Assembly: GCA_001794125.1 (NCBI GenBank)
Contig: MGJF01000013.1
Span: 450-64,449, forward strand
Direction of reading: 5' to 3'
DNA: 64,000 nucleotides
From: Candidatus Yanofskybacteria bacterium RIFCSPHIGHO2_01_FULL_43_32
GTDB lineage: Bacteria; Patescibacteriota; Minisyncoccia; 2-02-FULL-40-12; GWA2-44-9
The notes under the pieces are model-generated. The model ran no database searches. It worked only from the letters and a program-made list of their open reading frames with translations, and was not told the origin of the DNA. The translations under genes were made by a program, and so were the position numbers. Each line of letters opens with the position of its first letter. Position 1 is the stretch's first letter. Positions 17,416 through 26,561 of this stretch are shown here, piece after piece.

Positions 17416-18735
17416 ATGAGCAACAAATGGCTTTTGTTTATAGTTTTAGGAATTGGCTTAGTAACTCATTTTGCTTTTTTTGGACATCCCAATCAGACTG
17501 TTTTCGACGAAGTTCATTTCGGCAAGTTCGTGTCCGGCTACTACACCGGCGAATATTATTTTGATATCCACCCTCCATTAGGCAAACTGATGATTGCCGG
17601 TTTCGCCAAAATTTTTAATTTCAAGCCGGAATTCAGTTTTGCCCAGATTGGGGAACAATTCCCCGATAACAAATACTTGGCCTTGCGGTTCCTTCCTTCT
17701 TTGGCAGGAGCGCTCCTGCCTGTCGTTATATTCTTGCTCGCCCTACAGCTGAAATTCACGCCTCGGGCGGCATTTATTGCCGGATTCCTCGTAAGTATCG
17801 AAAACACCTTGCTGGTCCAGACCCACTATATGCTTATGGATGGATTTTTGCTATTTTTCGGGTTTTTGGCTCTTTTGTTCTATTTCCGGCGAAAATTCCT
17901 GTGGATGGCCATATTCGGCGCTCTTGCCGCTTCAATTAAATGGACTGGGCTGACATTCTTAGCTCTGCCGTTTTTAATAGAAACTTATCAAACTTTCAAA
18001 CCGGTTTACCCCCACACCCAACAAGTATCTTTAAATTTTTGGCGACTTTGTCGCCAATACTTATTGAGTGTGGGGGTTTATTTTTTATTAATCCCTCTGG
18101 TTTTGTATTTTTCTGTTTTTGCCGTCCACTTTTCTCTGCTCACAAAACCCGGTCCGGGAGATGCTTTTATGAGTCAGGACTTCCACAATGAAAATGTTTT
18201 CAAGAAATTTGTTGAACTAAATATTCAAATGTATCAGTCCAACCAGCGCCTGACCGCAACCCACCCTTACGGCAGCCGGTGGTATTCCTGGCCTTTTATG
18301 GCCCGGCCTATATTTTACTGGGTTTCCGGTCCAGGCGAAGGTTCACGCGAAGCGGGAATCGCCTCCGATTCCCGAATTTATTTGCTCGGCAATCCTGTTG
18401 TCTGGTGGGCCTCAACGATGGCCGTGTTAATGTCTTTAATGTATGTACTCCGGCACAAAATTATTAAAATACTTCTGGGTGGATATTTTTTAAACTTGTT
18501 GCCGTTTATCGGAATCAAGAGGGTTATGTTCTTATACCACTATCTGACCGGCCTTATATTCGCAATCCTTATCTTGGCCTATTTGGTTGAAAAACAAAAA
18601 CATGCCGGGAAAATATTCATCGGATTGGCCATTGCCTCTGCCGTCGCATTTATTTATTTCGCCCCGCTTACCTACGGCTTGCCATTGAGTCCTAAGGCTT
18701 ATGATGCCCGCATTTGGCTTCCGAGCTGGAGATAG
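17416..18735 (+). CDS. GT39/PMT-family (dolichyl-phosphate-mannose protein mannosyltransferase-like) integral membrane glycosyltransferase
   Basis: The sequences VFDEVHFGKF and YFDIHPPLGKL are N-terminal PMT signatures. There are many TM helices. Confidence 0.7.
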   Translation: MSNKWLLFIVLGIGLVTHFAFFGHPNQTVFDEVHFGKFVSGYYTGEYYFDIHPPLGKLMIAGFAKIFNFKPEFSFAQIGEQFPDNKYLALRFLPSLAGALLPVVIFLLALQLKFTPRAAFIAGFLVSIENTLLVQTHYMLMDGFLLFFGFLALLFYFRRKFLWMAIFGALAASIKWTGLTFLALPFLIETYQTFKPVYPHTQQVSLNFWRLCRQYLLSVGVYFLLIPLVLYFSVFAVHFSLLTKPGPGDAFMSQDFHNENVFKKFVELNIQMYQSNQRLTATHPYGSRWYSWPFMARPIFYWVSGPGEGSREAGIASDSRIYLLGNPVVWWASTMAVLMSLMYVLRHKIIKILLGGYFLNLLPFIGIKRVMFLYHYLTGLIFAILILAYLVEKQKHAGKIFIGLAIASAVAFIYFAPLTYGLPLSPKAYDARIWLPSWR

Positions 18736-18870
18736 AGGTGCTCACTCGTTTTAGAACCATTATCTTGTCAAAATAAAAACACCCGGCGCGGGGAGGCTCA
18801 CATCCGTCAAATGACAGATTCATGAGGCTTCCGTGCCGGATGTTGCGCTATCGCTTGATAAGGCTCTCCC

Positions 18871-19263
18871 TTAATCGCCGCGCTTCGGAGACCTGCACTT
18901 ACGAAGTACGAGTGCGGTCTGGCCGGGCGAAGGAAACTCGCCTCGAGAAACCACCAGCTTGAGCGGCGCCGGTTTCGGCTTCTGCGGCTGACTTGCCTCT
19001 TGCTCCTGATACAAGCATTCCTGCTCGCAGCGCAGAGACTCCAGAGGAATCATCCCGATGGGAGCGAGTGCGATACGCGCCTCCAACAGGATAAAAAGCA
19101 GGGCGCCGATCGCGAAGGCGGCTCCGATGCCGAAAAACAGTTCCTGAACATCGAAAACCAGCATCAACACGACTCCGACGAGGGCCGTTAACGCGAAAAC
19201 CGTGACCGAATTGGCGACGTTTCGCACCGTCCGGTTCCGATCGTCATGCGGAGCTGTCATCTT
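18871..19263 (-). CDS. Hypothetical membrane protein in a GC-rich (~58%) patch
   Basis: It has two TM helices. The likely start is MKMTAPHDD at 19263, with a GGAGAA SD. The track ORF extends to 19293. Confidence 0.4.
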   Translation of the reverse strand, partial: KMTAPHDDRNRTVRNVANSVTVFALTALVGVVLMLVFDVQELFFGIGAAFAIGALLFILLEARIALAPIGMIPLESLRCEQECLYQEQEASQPQKPKPAPLKLVVSRGEFPSPGQTALVLRKCRSPKRGD

Positions 19264-19351
19264 CATTGTTTTCTCCTTCTGGTGAGTCGGCAAAGAATGA
19301 TAAGAACTAAGTATCTTACATTATACTCCATTTTATGCAGTTAGTCAAGGA

Positions 19352-19388
19352 TAACAAAAACCGCCCGGAATAGGCGGTTTTTTCAGCG
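19352..19388. terminator. Hairpin AACCGCCCGG-AATA-GGCGGTT flanked by A/T runs
   Basis: It lies between the sod 3' end and the upstream gene. Confidence 0.55.
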
Positions 19389-19390
19389 AC

Positions 19391-20005
19391 TTAATCCAGT
19401 TCGTATTTCTTGGCTTTTTGGTAGAATTCTTCTATTTTGTCCCAGTTGAGATTATCAAAAAACGCTTTGATGTAGGCCGCGCGGTCGGAACCGGAATCTA
19501 TGAAGTAAGAATGCTCGTAAACATCCAGAGCAATGATCGGAATACAACTCCATATCCCGCCATGGTTTTGGGCGTCGCAGTTGTATTGCATCAATCTTTT
19601 TTCATGCATATCCCAACACAATACCGCCCAACCGCGGGCGGCCATGCCGCAGGCAGAAAAATATTTAAAAAATTCTTCCATCGTGCCAAATTTTTCTTCA
19701 ATCGCCTGTTTTATCTCTCCTTTCGGTACTCCGTCTCCGCCAAGAATCGCGAAATAATTCTCATGCAGATACATTCCGTTTCGAGCAAAGGTCTCGCCAA
19801 GCTTCAGTCCCCGCAGTTCGCTGTATGTCTGGTTTCCCTCCGCTTTGCCGCTTTTTCGCAATTCGCCTAATTTCTCGCCAATCTCGTTGGTTTTATCGAC
19901 ATAGCCCTTATACAGCTTGCCGTGATGTATCTCAATCGTTTTTTGCGAGATGCCTCTCAAGGCATCGGCAGAATATGGCAAAGGTTTTAATTCTTTTTTT
20001 GGCAT
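19391..20005 (-). CDS. sodA: Fe/Mn superoxide dismutase
   Basis: The sequence LPYSADALRGISQKTIEIHHGKLYKGYV and the DVYEHSYF metal-ligand motif are present. Confidence 0.8.
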   Translation of the reverse strand: MPKKELKPLPYSADALRGISQKTIEIHHGKLYKGYVDKTNEIGEKLGELRKSGKAEGNQTYSELRGLKLGETFARNGMYLHENYFAILGGDGVPKGEIKQAIEEKFGTMEEFFKYFSACGMAARGWAVLCWDMHEKRLMQYNCDAQNHGGIWSCIPIIALDVYEHSYFIDSGSDRAAYIKAFFDNLNWDKIEEFYQKAKKYELD

Positions 20006-20007
20006 TT

Positions 20008-20238
20008 TTATTTAATGTTTAATAATTCGTTTATTTTGGTTCTGTCGAACCCGATGATAATTTTCCCGTCTATGTCTATGACGGGAACGCCGAACTGGCC
20101 GGTTTTTTCTATCATTTCTTTTTGTTTTGCGGTATCGGTAGCCACATTGTATTCTTCGTACTCAAAATTTTTCGACTTAAAATATTCTTTTGCCATTTTG
20201 CAGTAAGCACAGGTCGGCGTCGTATATATTTTTATCAT
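20008..20238 (-). CDS. Glutaredoxin-like protein (NrdH/Grx, CAYC active site)
   Basis: The protein is MIKIYTTPTCAYCKMAKEYF...GVPVIDIDGKIIIGFD. Confidence 0.75.
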   Translation of the reverse strand: MIKIYTTPTCAYCKMAKEYFKSKNFEYEEYNVATDTAKQKEMIEKTGQFGVPVIDIDGKIIIGFDRTKINELLNIK

Positions 20239-20367
20239 ATATGGTCAGGTATTTAATCTATTTTATCTGACCTAAATTGTAGCATAAAATTTTTTATGCT
20301 CAACATTGCCAAAGTCTTGTTTTTATAGTAAAGTATCAGTTGTGGCTGTTCTTTAAGAAAGGTCTGA

Positions 20368-21147
20368 ATGAAGCCTGTCAAATTCTTGGCATTATTGCTT
20401 GGACTATTGATATTGCCCGCGCCTCTGTACGGCCAAACAGACACAGAAAATCCGGCAACGGTAATCATGCAGAAGGTCATTCAAAAAATGCTGGTCAATG
20501 AGGCGTTAAAGAATAAGTACTTGAATTTTAAAAAGCATTTCGTCGACACGAGACTTGACGATTCGGACAAACCCAAAAAGACAACCACTGACCAGATAAT
20601 TGAGGTCAGACCGCCTAATGGCAACGAGGTGCTTATCCAAGAGGACGGCGAACCTAAAAATAAAAAGCTGGATAGCGGCGGAGAATTTGAAAAGATCATG
20701 GAAGCTCTTTCGCGACGCTTTGATTACGAGATGACCAAGCCTACAGCCGACTGTCCCGCTTGCCCGTTCATGTCAAAAGACGGCAAAGTTTATCTGGTTA
20801 TAAATTTCCACGCCAATGGAAGCAAAAATACCGGCGGCGATGATGTGAAAGAAATCATGAACCGGTCTGCCGGAAAAATGTATGTTGACCTTGAGAACCT
20901 TTATGTTCAGCGGTTTGAAAGCAACATGACCAGCGCTTACAAGAAGGCTTGGGGCATTTTCCAGCTCAAACAAGCCGATTTAGTCCTTGAACAGGGCGAA
21001 GTGGATACGGCTGAAGGCAAGATAATCGTCACGATGTCTACCACTATCAAATACCGCTACTCTCTTTTTGGCGAGACGCGCGGAATACGTTCCTGGACCT
21101 ACGAGGATTACCGCTATGTTCCAACCCCTCCCCCTCCCGAAAGGTGA
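20368..21147 (+). CDS. Secreted hypothetical protein (signal peptide)
   Basis: The N-terminus MKPVKFLALLLGLLILPAPLYGQ is a signal peptide. Confidence 0.5.
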   Translation: MKPVKFLALLLGLLILPAPLYGQTDTENPATVIMQKVIQKMLVNEALKNKYLNFKKHFVDTRLDDSDKPKKTTTDQIIEVRPPNGNEVLIQEDGEPKNKKLDSGGEFEKIMEALSRRFDYEMTKPTADCPACPFMSKDGKVYLVINFHANGSKNTGGDDVKEIMNRSAGKMYVDLENLYVQRFESNMTSAYKKAWGIFQLKQADLVLEQGEVDTAEGKIIVTMSTTIKYRYSLFGETRGIRSWTYEDYRYVPTPPPPER

Positions 21148-21164
21148 GGGGTTTTTACTAAGAT

Positions 21165-22346
21165 ATGTTTAAAGTTTTTAAAAAAGATAAAAAAACAAAA
21201 GCCCGTTCGGGTGTTTTAAGCACGCCTCACGGTGATATTAAAACACCTTCTTACGTATTCGTCGGCACATACGGAAAATTTCGCCACCTCACATCAGGGG
21301 ATATCAAAAAAACAAAAACACAGCTCATCATCGCCAATACCTTTCATCTTTGGGACTTCGCTCTTGCTGACAGAGACGGGGCAAGCAAAGCCTCCGAAAA
21401 AACTTTTCTTACAAAAAGACTTGGATTAAATATCCCGACCATGACCGACAGCGGGGGTTTTCAGGTTTTATCTTTGGCTTTCGGTAATAAAAACAAGGTT
21501 GGAAAGTTCATGACGGATTCCGCCAAAACAGACGCGACTTATAAGCGAAGTAAAATTAAAATCACCAAAAAGGGCGTTCATTTCAATTTTAAAGGGAGAA
21601 AAATGTTCCTCGGACCGGAACTGTCCATGAAAATCCAAGAAAAAATAGGAGCCGATATAATCTTCGCTTTCGACCACATCACATCTCCTCTTGATAATTT
21701 TAAATATAATAAAAAAGCCGTAGAGCTGACCGATGAATGGGCAAAAATATGCCTAAAAAAATATAATAAAAACCAACTGCTTTTTGGGATTGTCCAGGGA
21801 GGAACTTACAAGGATTTAAGGATTAAAAGCGCTAAATCCATCGGCTCGCTCCCTTTTGACGGTTTCGGCATCGGCGGTTCCTATACCAAGAAACAAATTT
21901 CCAAAATGCTGAAATGGATAATCCCCTATCTGCCGGAAGAAAAACCGCGGCATCTTTTAGGGGTCGGCAAAGTGGCGGATATATTTGAAGCCGTTCAAAA
22001 CGGCATAGACACCTTTGACTGCGTTATCCCCACCCGCGAAGCCCGCCATGGCCGGCTCTATACTAAAACAGGATTTATGGATATACGCCGCGGCGCATAC
22101 TTGAAAGATAAAAAAGTTATTGAGAAGGGTTGTGATTGTCTAACCTGTTCTTCAAAAATACCCCGTTCCAAGATAAGAGAACTGATTAAAAGTGATAATA
22201 TAAATCAGAACACAGCCGGCCAACGCTGGTGTTTAATGCACAACATGTGGTTCTTCAACAGCCTCCTTGAAGAAATTAGGGTGTCTATCTCAAAAGGCAG
22301 ATTCACAGAATTTAAGAAAAAATTTATATCTGGATTTGACAGATAA
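21165..22346 (+). CDS. tgt: Queuine tRNA-ribosyltransferase
   Basis: LSTPHGDIKTPSYVFVGTYG matches the TGT N-terminal motif. The zinc site is CDCLTCS. Confidence 0.8.
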   Translation: MFKVFKKDKKTKARSGVLSTPHGDIKTPSYVFVGTYGKFRHLTSGDIKKTKTQLIIANTFHLWDFALADRDGASKASEKTFLTKRLGLNIPTMTDSGGFQVLSLAFGNKNKVGKFMTDSAKTDATYKRSKIKITKKGVHFNFKGRKMFLGPELSMKIQEKIGADIIFAFDHITSPLDNFKYNKKAVELTDEWAKICLKKYNKNQLLFGIVQGGTYKDLRIKSAKSIGSLPFDGFGIGGSYTKKQISKMLKWIIPYLPEEKPRHLLGVGKVADIFEAVQNGIDTFDCVIPTREARHGRLYTKTGFMDIRRGAYLKDKKVIEKGCDCLTCSSKIPRSKIRELIKSDNINQNTAGQRWCLMHNMWFFNSLLEEIRVSISKGRFTEFKKKFISGFDR

Positions 22347-22399
22347 CAAGATTTGGATTATTATATGGCAGCATTCGAAGTTTCCAAAAAGGAGATGAG

Positions 22400-22669
22400 A
22401 TGCGCAAATTCCTTAACAATGCCAACCCCTTTGGAGTTTTTGGAGGATTGTTAATAATTTTTGCTGTTTTATTTTTTGGATATATTTCATTTTCTGAATC
22501 AATCCAAACTGAGGCAGCGGAAAAACAAAGATTTCAACGCCAAGCCCAAGAAAATCCTGGCGGATATACCATGGTAGTAATTTGCGACACTGCAACTGGT
22601 ACTTTGTTATATCGAACAGGTAGTGGAATTTGGGGACTCCCCAATGGGTGCCAAAAGAATCCGCAATAA
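22400..22669 (+). CDS. Small hypothetical membrane protein
   Basis: It is an ORF with one TM helix. Confidence 0.35.
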   Translation: MRKFLNNANPFGVFGGLLIIFAVLFFGYISFSESIQTEAAEKQRFQRQAQENPGGYTMVVICDTATGTLLYRTGSGIWGLPNGCQKNPQ

Positions 22670-22677
22670 AAGCAACA

Positions 22678-22704
22678 CCCGCCTCTTCGGCGGGTATTTA
22701 ATTT
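22678..22704. terminator. Hairpin CCCGCC-TCTTC-GGCGGG + T-rich tail
   Basis: It lies between convergent genes. Confidence 0.55.
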
Positions 22705-22711
22705 CTATGAG

Positions 22712-23005
22712 TTAATTCTTGCGGTACTTTGAAAATACGTGCAAATAGAGAATCTCTAAAATTCCCAGAGTGTTGACTAACAAAAGGACCAGAAACCAGA
22801 CTTTATGCTCGTGCTTTGCGGCATGCCAAAGCGCGCGATATTTCCAATAAAGAGTCCACACGGCAAGGATCAGTATAACTAATCCAAAGGTCATACCGGC
22901 GACAAAAGAACCGCCGAAATTGACCATGCCGTTGTTCAGTGTCCACTCCCTAAACGCTGAACCATTCATCATATTAGACCAACCGCCATACCAATTGCCC
23001 ATCAT
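22712..23005 (-). CDS. Hypothetical small membrane protein
   Basis: It is an ORF with two TM helices. Confidence 0.4.
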   Translation of the reverse strand: MMGNWYGGWSNMMNGSAFREWTLNNGMVNFGGSFVAGMTFGLVILILAVWTLYWKYRALWHAAKHEHKVWFLVLLLVNTLGILEILYLHVFSKYRKN

Positions 23006-23043
23006 GGTTTTAAAATTTGTTTTTTAATTTTAATATTTTCGAC

Positions 23044-23424
23044 CTATTTAATTATACCATCTCTTTTTAGTTCTTCCAAAATGTCTGCGGGAATAGGTAT
23101 TTCGTCTCGGACAGGACTTATTCCCGGATAACGCCAAGCAGTAATTACTATTTTGCGGCCCTTGCCTCGCTTGCTGGGCGCCTGATACATGACCCAAACC
23201 TCTGAAGGCCTTGCTTTGGAACCTGCCGGATGCATCACGGCAATAGTCCCTTCGGCAATGCCGTTCTCGCTTCTTTGAGGACTTCGCATCACTCTTTTAA
23301 TTCTATCCGCCGACAATCCGTAAAACATCATCTTCCGGCCGACATGATTGGTCCAATAATATTTGTCGTCATTTTTAGGAAACTTAAATTTCATAATTTT
23401 GAGGTTATCATATTTTCCAGACAA
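23044..23424 (-). CDS. Hypothetical basic protein (126 aa)
   Basis: It is an ORF. It lies immediately downstream (on the minus strand) of structured element B. Confidence 0.4.
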   Translation of the reverse strand: MSGKYDNLKIMKFKFPKNDDKYYWTNHVGRKMMFYGLSADRIKRVMRSPQRSENGIAEGTIAVMHPAGSKARPSEVWVMYQAPSKRGKGRKIVITAWRYPGISPVRDEIPIPADILEELKRDGIIK

Positions 23425-23499
23425 ACAAAAACTCGCTCCGCCTTGCCGCTTTCTGATTAATCTCTCCGTCTCATTATTAACTTAGAGACAATGTGCTCT

Positions 23500-23890
23500 G
23501 CCAACCGGCTTCTCGGAACCAGAATGCTTTTGCTCCAGCGGCAAAAGCTTCTTCTCCCTCGGCGCTTGGCAGAACCAAGCCCAAGCGCCTGCGGGTCGTT
23601 CCTCTAAGCCGATTGGCCTCGCCTTATCGCAAATGTCGACTTTTTTTGTTTCAAAAAAATTATAGATTACAAAGCGAAACCCCGCCCATTTCAGACCGTT
23701 TGGTTTCGAGGGTAACACAATAGTTAAATTAGCCGATAATTTACGTTATTCAATAAATATGGGAGCAACTCTTGGAGCGGGACCTATGTTTGTTAACTAA
23801 ATTGAGGGTAATTTAACTATTTGTCCGAAGAAGGCCGGAGGCCGCAATCCAACAGGTCGGAAATGGGGAGGGGTAAGCGATGTTTTAGGC
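23500..23890. ncRNA. Copy B of the paralogous structured noncoding element
   Basis: It aligns with A over about 390 nt. Hairpins are at 23526-23548 (GCTTTTGC/GCAAAAGC) and 23561-23589 (GGCGCTTGG-CAGAACCAAGC-CCAAGCGCC). A conserved block is GCGAAACCCCGCCCATTTCAGACC...GGTTTCGAGG. A long-range pair is AGTTAAATTA with TAATTTAACT. The 3' block is ATTTGTCCGAAGAAGGCCGGAGGCCG.AATCCAACAGGTCGGAAATGGGG. Confidence 0.55.
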
Positions 23891-23894
23891 AAAC

Positions 23895-23925
23895 AAAAAT
23901 ACGCCATCAAGGCGTATTTTTGTTT
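23895..23925. terminator. Hairpin AAAAATACGCC-ATCAA-GGCGTATTTTT
   Basis: It is immediately 3' of the RRM gene on the minus strand, and also follows element B on the plus strand. Confidence 0.55.
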
Positions 23926-23930
23926 TCGAT

Positions 23931-24278
23931 TTAGTAGTCTCTGCCGCCGCCTCCGAAGCCTCTGCCGCCACCGCGGTTGAATCCGCCACCGCCTCGGTTA
24001 AAACCTCCGGCTGGTCTGGGTGGCCGATCTGTCATCGGTCTGGCTTCATTGACTGTAACCTTTCGGCCGTCAACTTCCTGACCGTTCAACGTTTCGATTG
24101 CTTTTTGGGCTTCTTCGTCGGTAGCCATTTCCACAAAACCAAATCCCCTTGATCGACCCGACATTTTGTCGGTTATAACTGATGCCGACTCAACGGTTCC
24201 GGCCTGTGAAAAAGCTTCTTTCAAAGACTCGTCGGTCGTGTCATAAGACAAGCTTCCGACATATAATTTCTTTCCCAT
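23931..24278 (-). CDS. RRM-type RNA-binding protein with Gly/Arg-rich (RGG) tail
   Basis: The RNP2 motif is LYVGSL and the RNP1 motif is RGFGFVEM. The C-terminus is GGFNRGGGGFNRGGGRGFGGGG. Confidence 0.8.
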   Translation of the reverse strand: MGKKLYVGSLSYDTTDESLKEAFSQAGTVESASVITDKMSGRSRGFGFVEMATDEEAQKAIETLNGQEVDGRKVTVNEARPMTDRPPRPAGGFNRGGGGFNRGGGRGFGGGGRDY

Positions 24279-24465
24279 TTGTATACCGTATTTATCTGCT
24301 GTCCCGCAATCGTAGGATTGTGGAACGAAGACAAAACAGTTGCTTTTTTAGTAGGACGACCTCTCGTCTAGTTCCCGCTAAAAGAAGGACTACATCGAGA
24401 AAACCTACGTTGAAAAGAGTATAACACAAAACCCCGTCTTTTTGCAAGGGCTGGGCTTATCCGGC

Positions 24466-24915
24466 TTATTCGACCACTATCGTTCCAAATTTAGAAGAAT
24501 TGAGATGGTTGTGATATCCCCAAGTTCCAACATTATTAAAGGTGAATGACCAAGATTGGCCAGACGCTATTCCGGCACAAGAATCAAACATTGGCAGTAA
24601 GGTCTGTGTCCCGCAAGCAGATATATCCGTACCGGGATAAACCCTGTGCAGAGGATGCATTGCCGAAGCGGTCCACATCGGACTGCCGCTTTCATTTTTC
24701 CAAACAACCGTCTCGCCTTTCTTTATGGTTATCATGCCGGGTGTGTATCCTGAATCGGTATAGATAATTATATTCTCTGATGCAACAGGAGACGGGCTCG
24801 CTGTTGATTCCGGAGAAACTAAAGGTGTCGGCAGAACATTTTTATTGTTTCCTGAAAGTATCCAACCAACCAACACCACCGCTAAAACAACCGACGTTAA
24901 TAATACTTTTTTCAT
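24466..24915 (-). CDS. Secreted cupredoxin-like domain protein
   Basis: It has a signal peptide plus ITIKKGETVVWKNESG and His/Cys/Met candidates. Confidence 0.45.
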   Translation of the reverse strand: MKKVLLTSVVLAVVLVGWILSGNNKNVLPTPLVSPESTASPSPVASENIIIYTDSGYTPGMITIKKGETVVWKNESGSPMWTASAMHPLHRVYPGTDISACGTQTLLPMFDSCAGIASGQSWSFTFNNVGTWGYHNHLNSSKFGTIVVE

Positions 24916-24922
24916 CCTAATT

Positions 24923-25849
24923 TTATTTTAATTCTTTATCAATTATTGCCTTAAATACCGCAAACGGCTGAGCGCCGACTACGGGATTGCCGTTTACAAA
25001 CAATGTCGGGGTTCCGGACACTCCATAGGATGAGCCGTCGGCTAAATCTTTTTCAACTTCTGATTTATATTTTCCCGAATCAAGACACTTGTTGAATTTG
25101 GCCGAATCCAAACCTGTTTGAGAAGACCATTTTTTCAACTCGGCGGCGCCGTAAGTCACTGTTCCCGTTCCTTGTTTGGCCTGCTCTTCAAATATCTTGT
25201 CGTGCATTTCCCAAAATTTACCCTGCTCATGGGCGCATTCGGCAGCTTCAGCCGACACTTGAGCAGCGGGATGAAATGGTAATGGATAATCCCTGAAAAC
25301 AAACTTAATCTTACCGGTGTCAACATATTCTTTCTTTATCTGCTGGTAAGCACCGCTCCAAAACGAACGGCAAAACGGACACTGAAAATCGCTGAACTCA
25401 ACCACTGTCACCTTGGCTTTTTCGTTGCCGATAAAAGCATCGTCGTCGGCCGAAACGTTCACCTTCTGTCCCGCTGCCGGACCGGCGGCCTGTTTTATAT
25501 TCGCGCCGGTCTTGTCGGTGTTTAATGAATAAAAAAGAACCGAACCGCTTATCATTAAAGCGGCAACCAATATCGCTCCCGGCAAGATAAGTTTGGTTTT
25601 ATCAAAATCCGGTTTAGTTTTACTTTCAACTCGCGCTAATTGTACTTCAAAGTTTTCGTTTAAGTTGTTCATGTTATCCATTATAACTAAAACAAATTGT
25701 TTATCAAATAGCAGGCTCTTTAACCGGCCTTTGGGATGGTACTTGCCCCCTCCTGTCCGACATTTGCCATCCGGTATAAATTGATATATACTGGTATTTA
25801 TAAAAGGTCGAGCATCATAATTAATAAACAACAACAAATATGCCAGCAA
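24923..25849 (-). CDS. DsbA-family thiol:disulfide oxidoreductase, membrane-anchored
   Basis: The thioredoxin-fold active site is FSDFQCPFCRSF. The C-terminus has VSGTPTLFVNG. The true start is probably MDNMNN near 25681. Confidence 0.7.
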   Translation of the reverse strand: MLAYLLLFINYDARPFINTSIYQFIPDGKCRTGGGKYHPKGRLKSLLFDKQFVLVIMDNMNNLNENFEVQLARVESKTKPDFDKTKLILPGAILVAALMISGSVLFYSLNTDKTGANIKQAAGPAAGQKVNVSADDDAFIGNEKAKVTVVEFSDFQCPFCRSFWSGAYQQIKKEYVDTGKIKFVFRDYPLPFHPAAQVSAEAAECAHEQGKFWEMHDKIFEEQAKQGTGTVTYGAAELKKWSSQTGLDSAKFNKCLDSGKYKSEVEKDLADGSSYGVSGTPTLFVNGNPVVGAQPFAVFKAIIDKELK

Positions 25850-26097
25850 AAACCAATTCCGCGTTTATGAAGCCGATGAATGTCAGTTCGGAACTGTCGG
25901 CAGTAGTCGGCAAGGGCCCCATGCCCCGTTCGGAGGTCGTCAAGAAGCTTTGGGTGTACATCAAATCACACAACCTTCAAGATCCGACGAACAAGCGAAA
26001 TATCAACGCTGACGAAACTTTAAAGAAAGTATTCGGAGGCAAAGGAGTCGTCAACATGTTTGAAATGACAAAGCTCGTTTCAAAGCACCTCTCCTAA
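25840..26097 (+). CDS. SWIB/MDM2-domain protein
   Basis: KLWVYIKSHNLQDPTNKRNINADETLKKVFG...VNMFEMTKLVSKHL is a classic SWIB signature. The start may be at an internal Met. Confidence 0.7.
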   Translation: MPAKTNSAFMKPMNVSSELSAVVGKGPMPRSEVVKKLWVYIKSHNLQDPTNKRNINADETLKKVFGGKGVVNMFEMTKLVSKHLS

Positions 26098-26103
26098 AGA
26101 TCG

Positions 26104-26142
26104 GTCAAAATAATAAAGCCCCGCCATGGCGGGGCTTTATTA
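26104..26142. terminator. Hairpin AAAGCCCCGCC-ATG-GCGGGGCTTT
   Basis: An 11-bp stem with an A/T tail. Confidence 0.6.
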
Positions 26143-26267
26143 TTCCGGAAAATTTCTTTACCGCGAAATACCCGAAACAAAAGCTGCGAACCAAAGAAAG
26201 TGGTATAAATAAAAGGCAATTACTTATCAACATATCGCTTTTTAAGTTATGCTAAAATTAAAGTGAG

Positions 26268-26540
26268 GTGAAATATATACTTGTAGCTCTAAGGCCTACA
26301 ATGCGTTTTACGTATTGTGGGCCTTTAACTTTAATGAGCGCGAACAAAGAAAAATATATCAACAGCAAGAACAAGATAATTCATTGCCCGAAATGCCGGG
26401 GCGTGGTTTTGAAGCATTATAAACTTAATGGGTATTCCGCGAAAATGGAAATGGCCATTAAATGTCCCCATTGCCGGGAAGCGCTGGAGGTTCACTTTGA
26501 AGATTCCCGAGTGGTCATAAAAAATCAAAATCAGAAATAA
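26268..26540 (+). CDS. Small zinc-ribbon protein (CPKC...CPHC)
   Basis: It has two CxxC pairs. The start may be at Met 23. Confidence 0.4.
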   Translation: MKYILVALRPTMRFTYCGPLTLMSANKEKYINSKNKIIHCPKCRGVVLKHYKLNGYSAKMEMAIKCPHCREALEVHFEDSRVVIKNQNQK

Positions 26541-26561
26541 GCGGTCTTTAATATTATCCCT

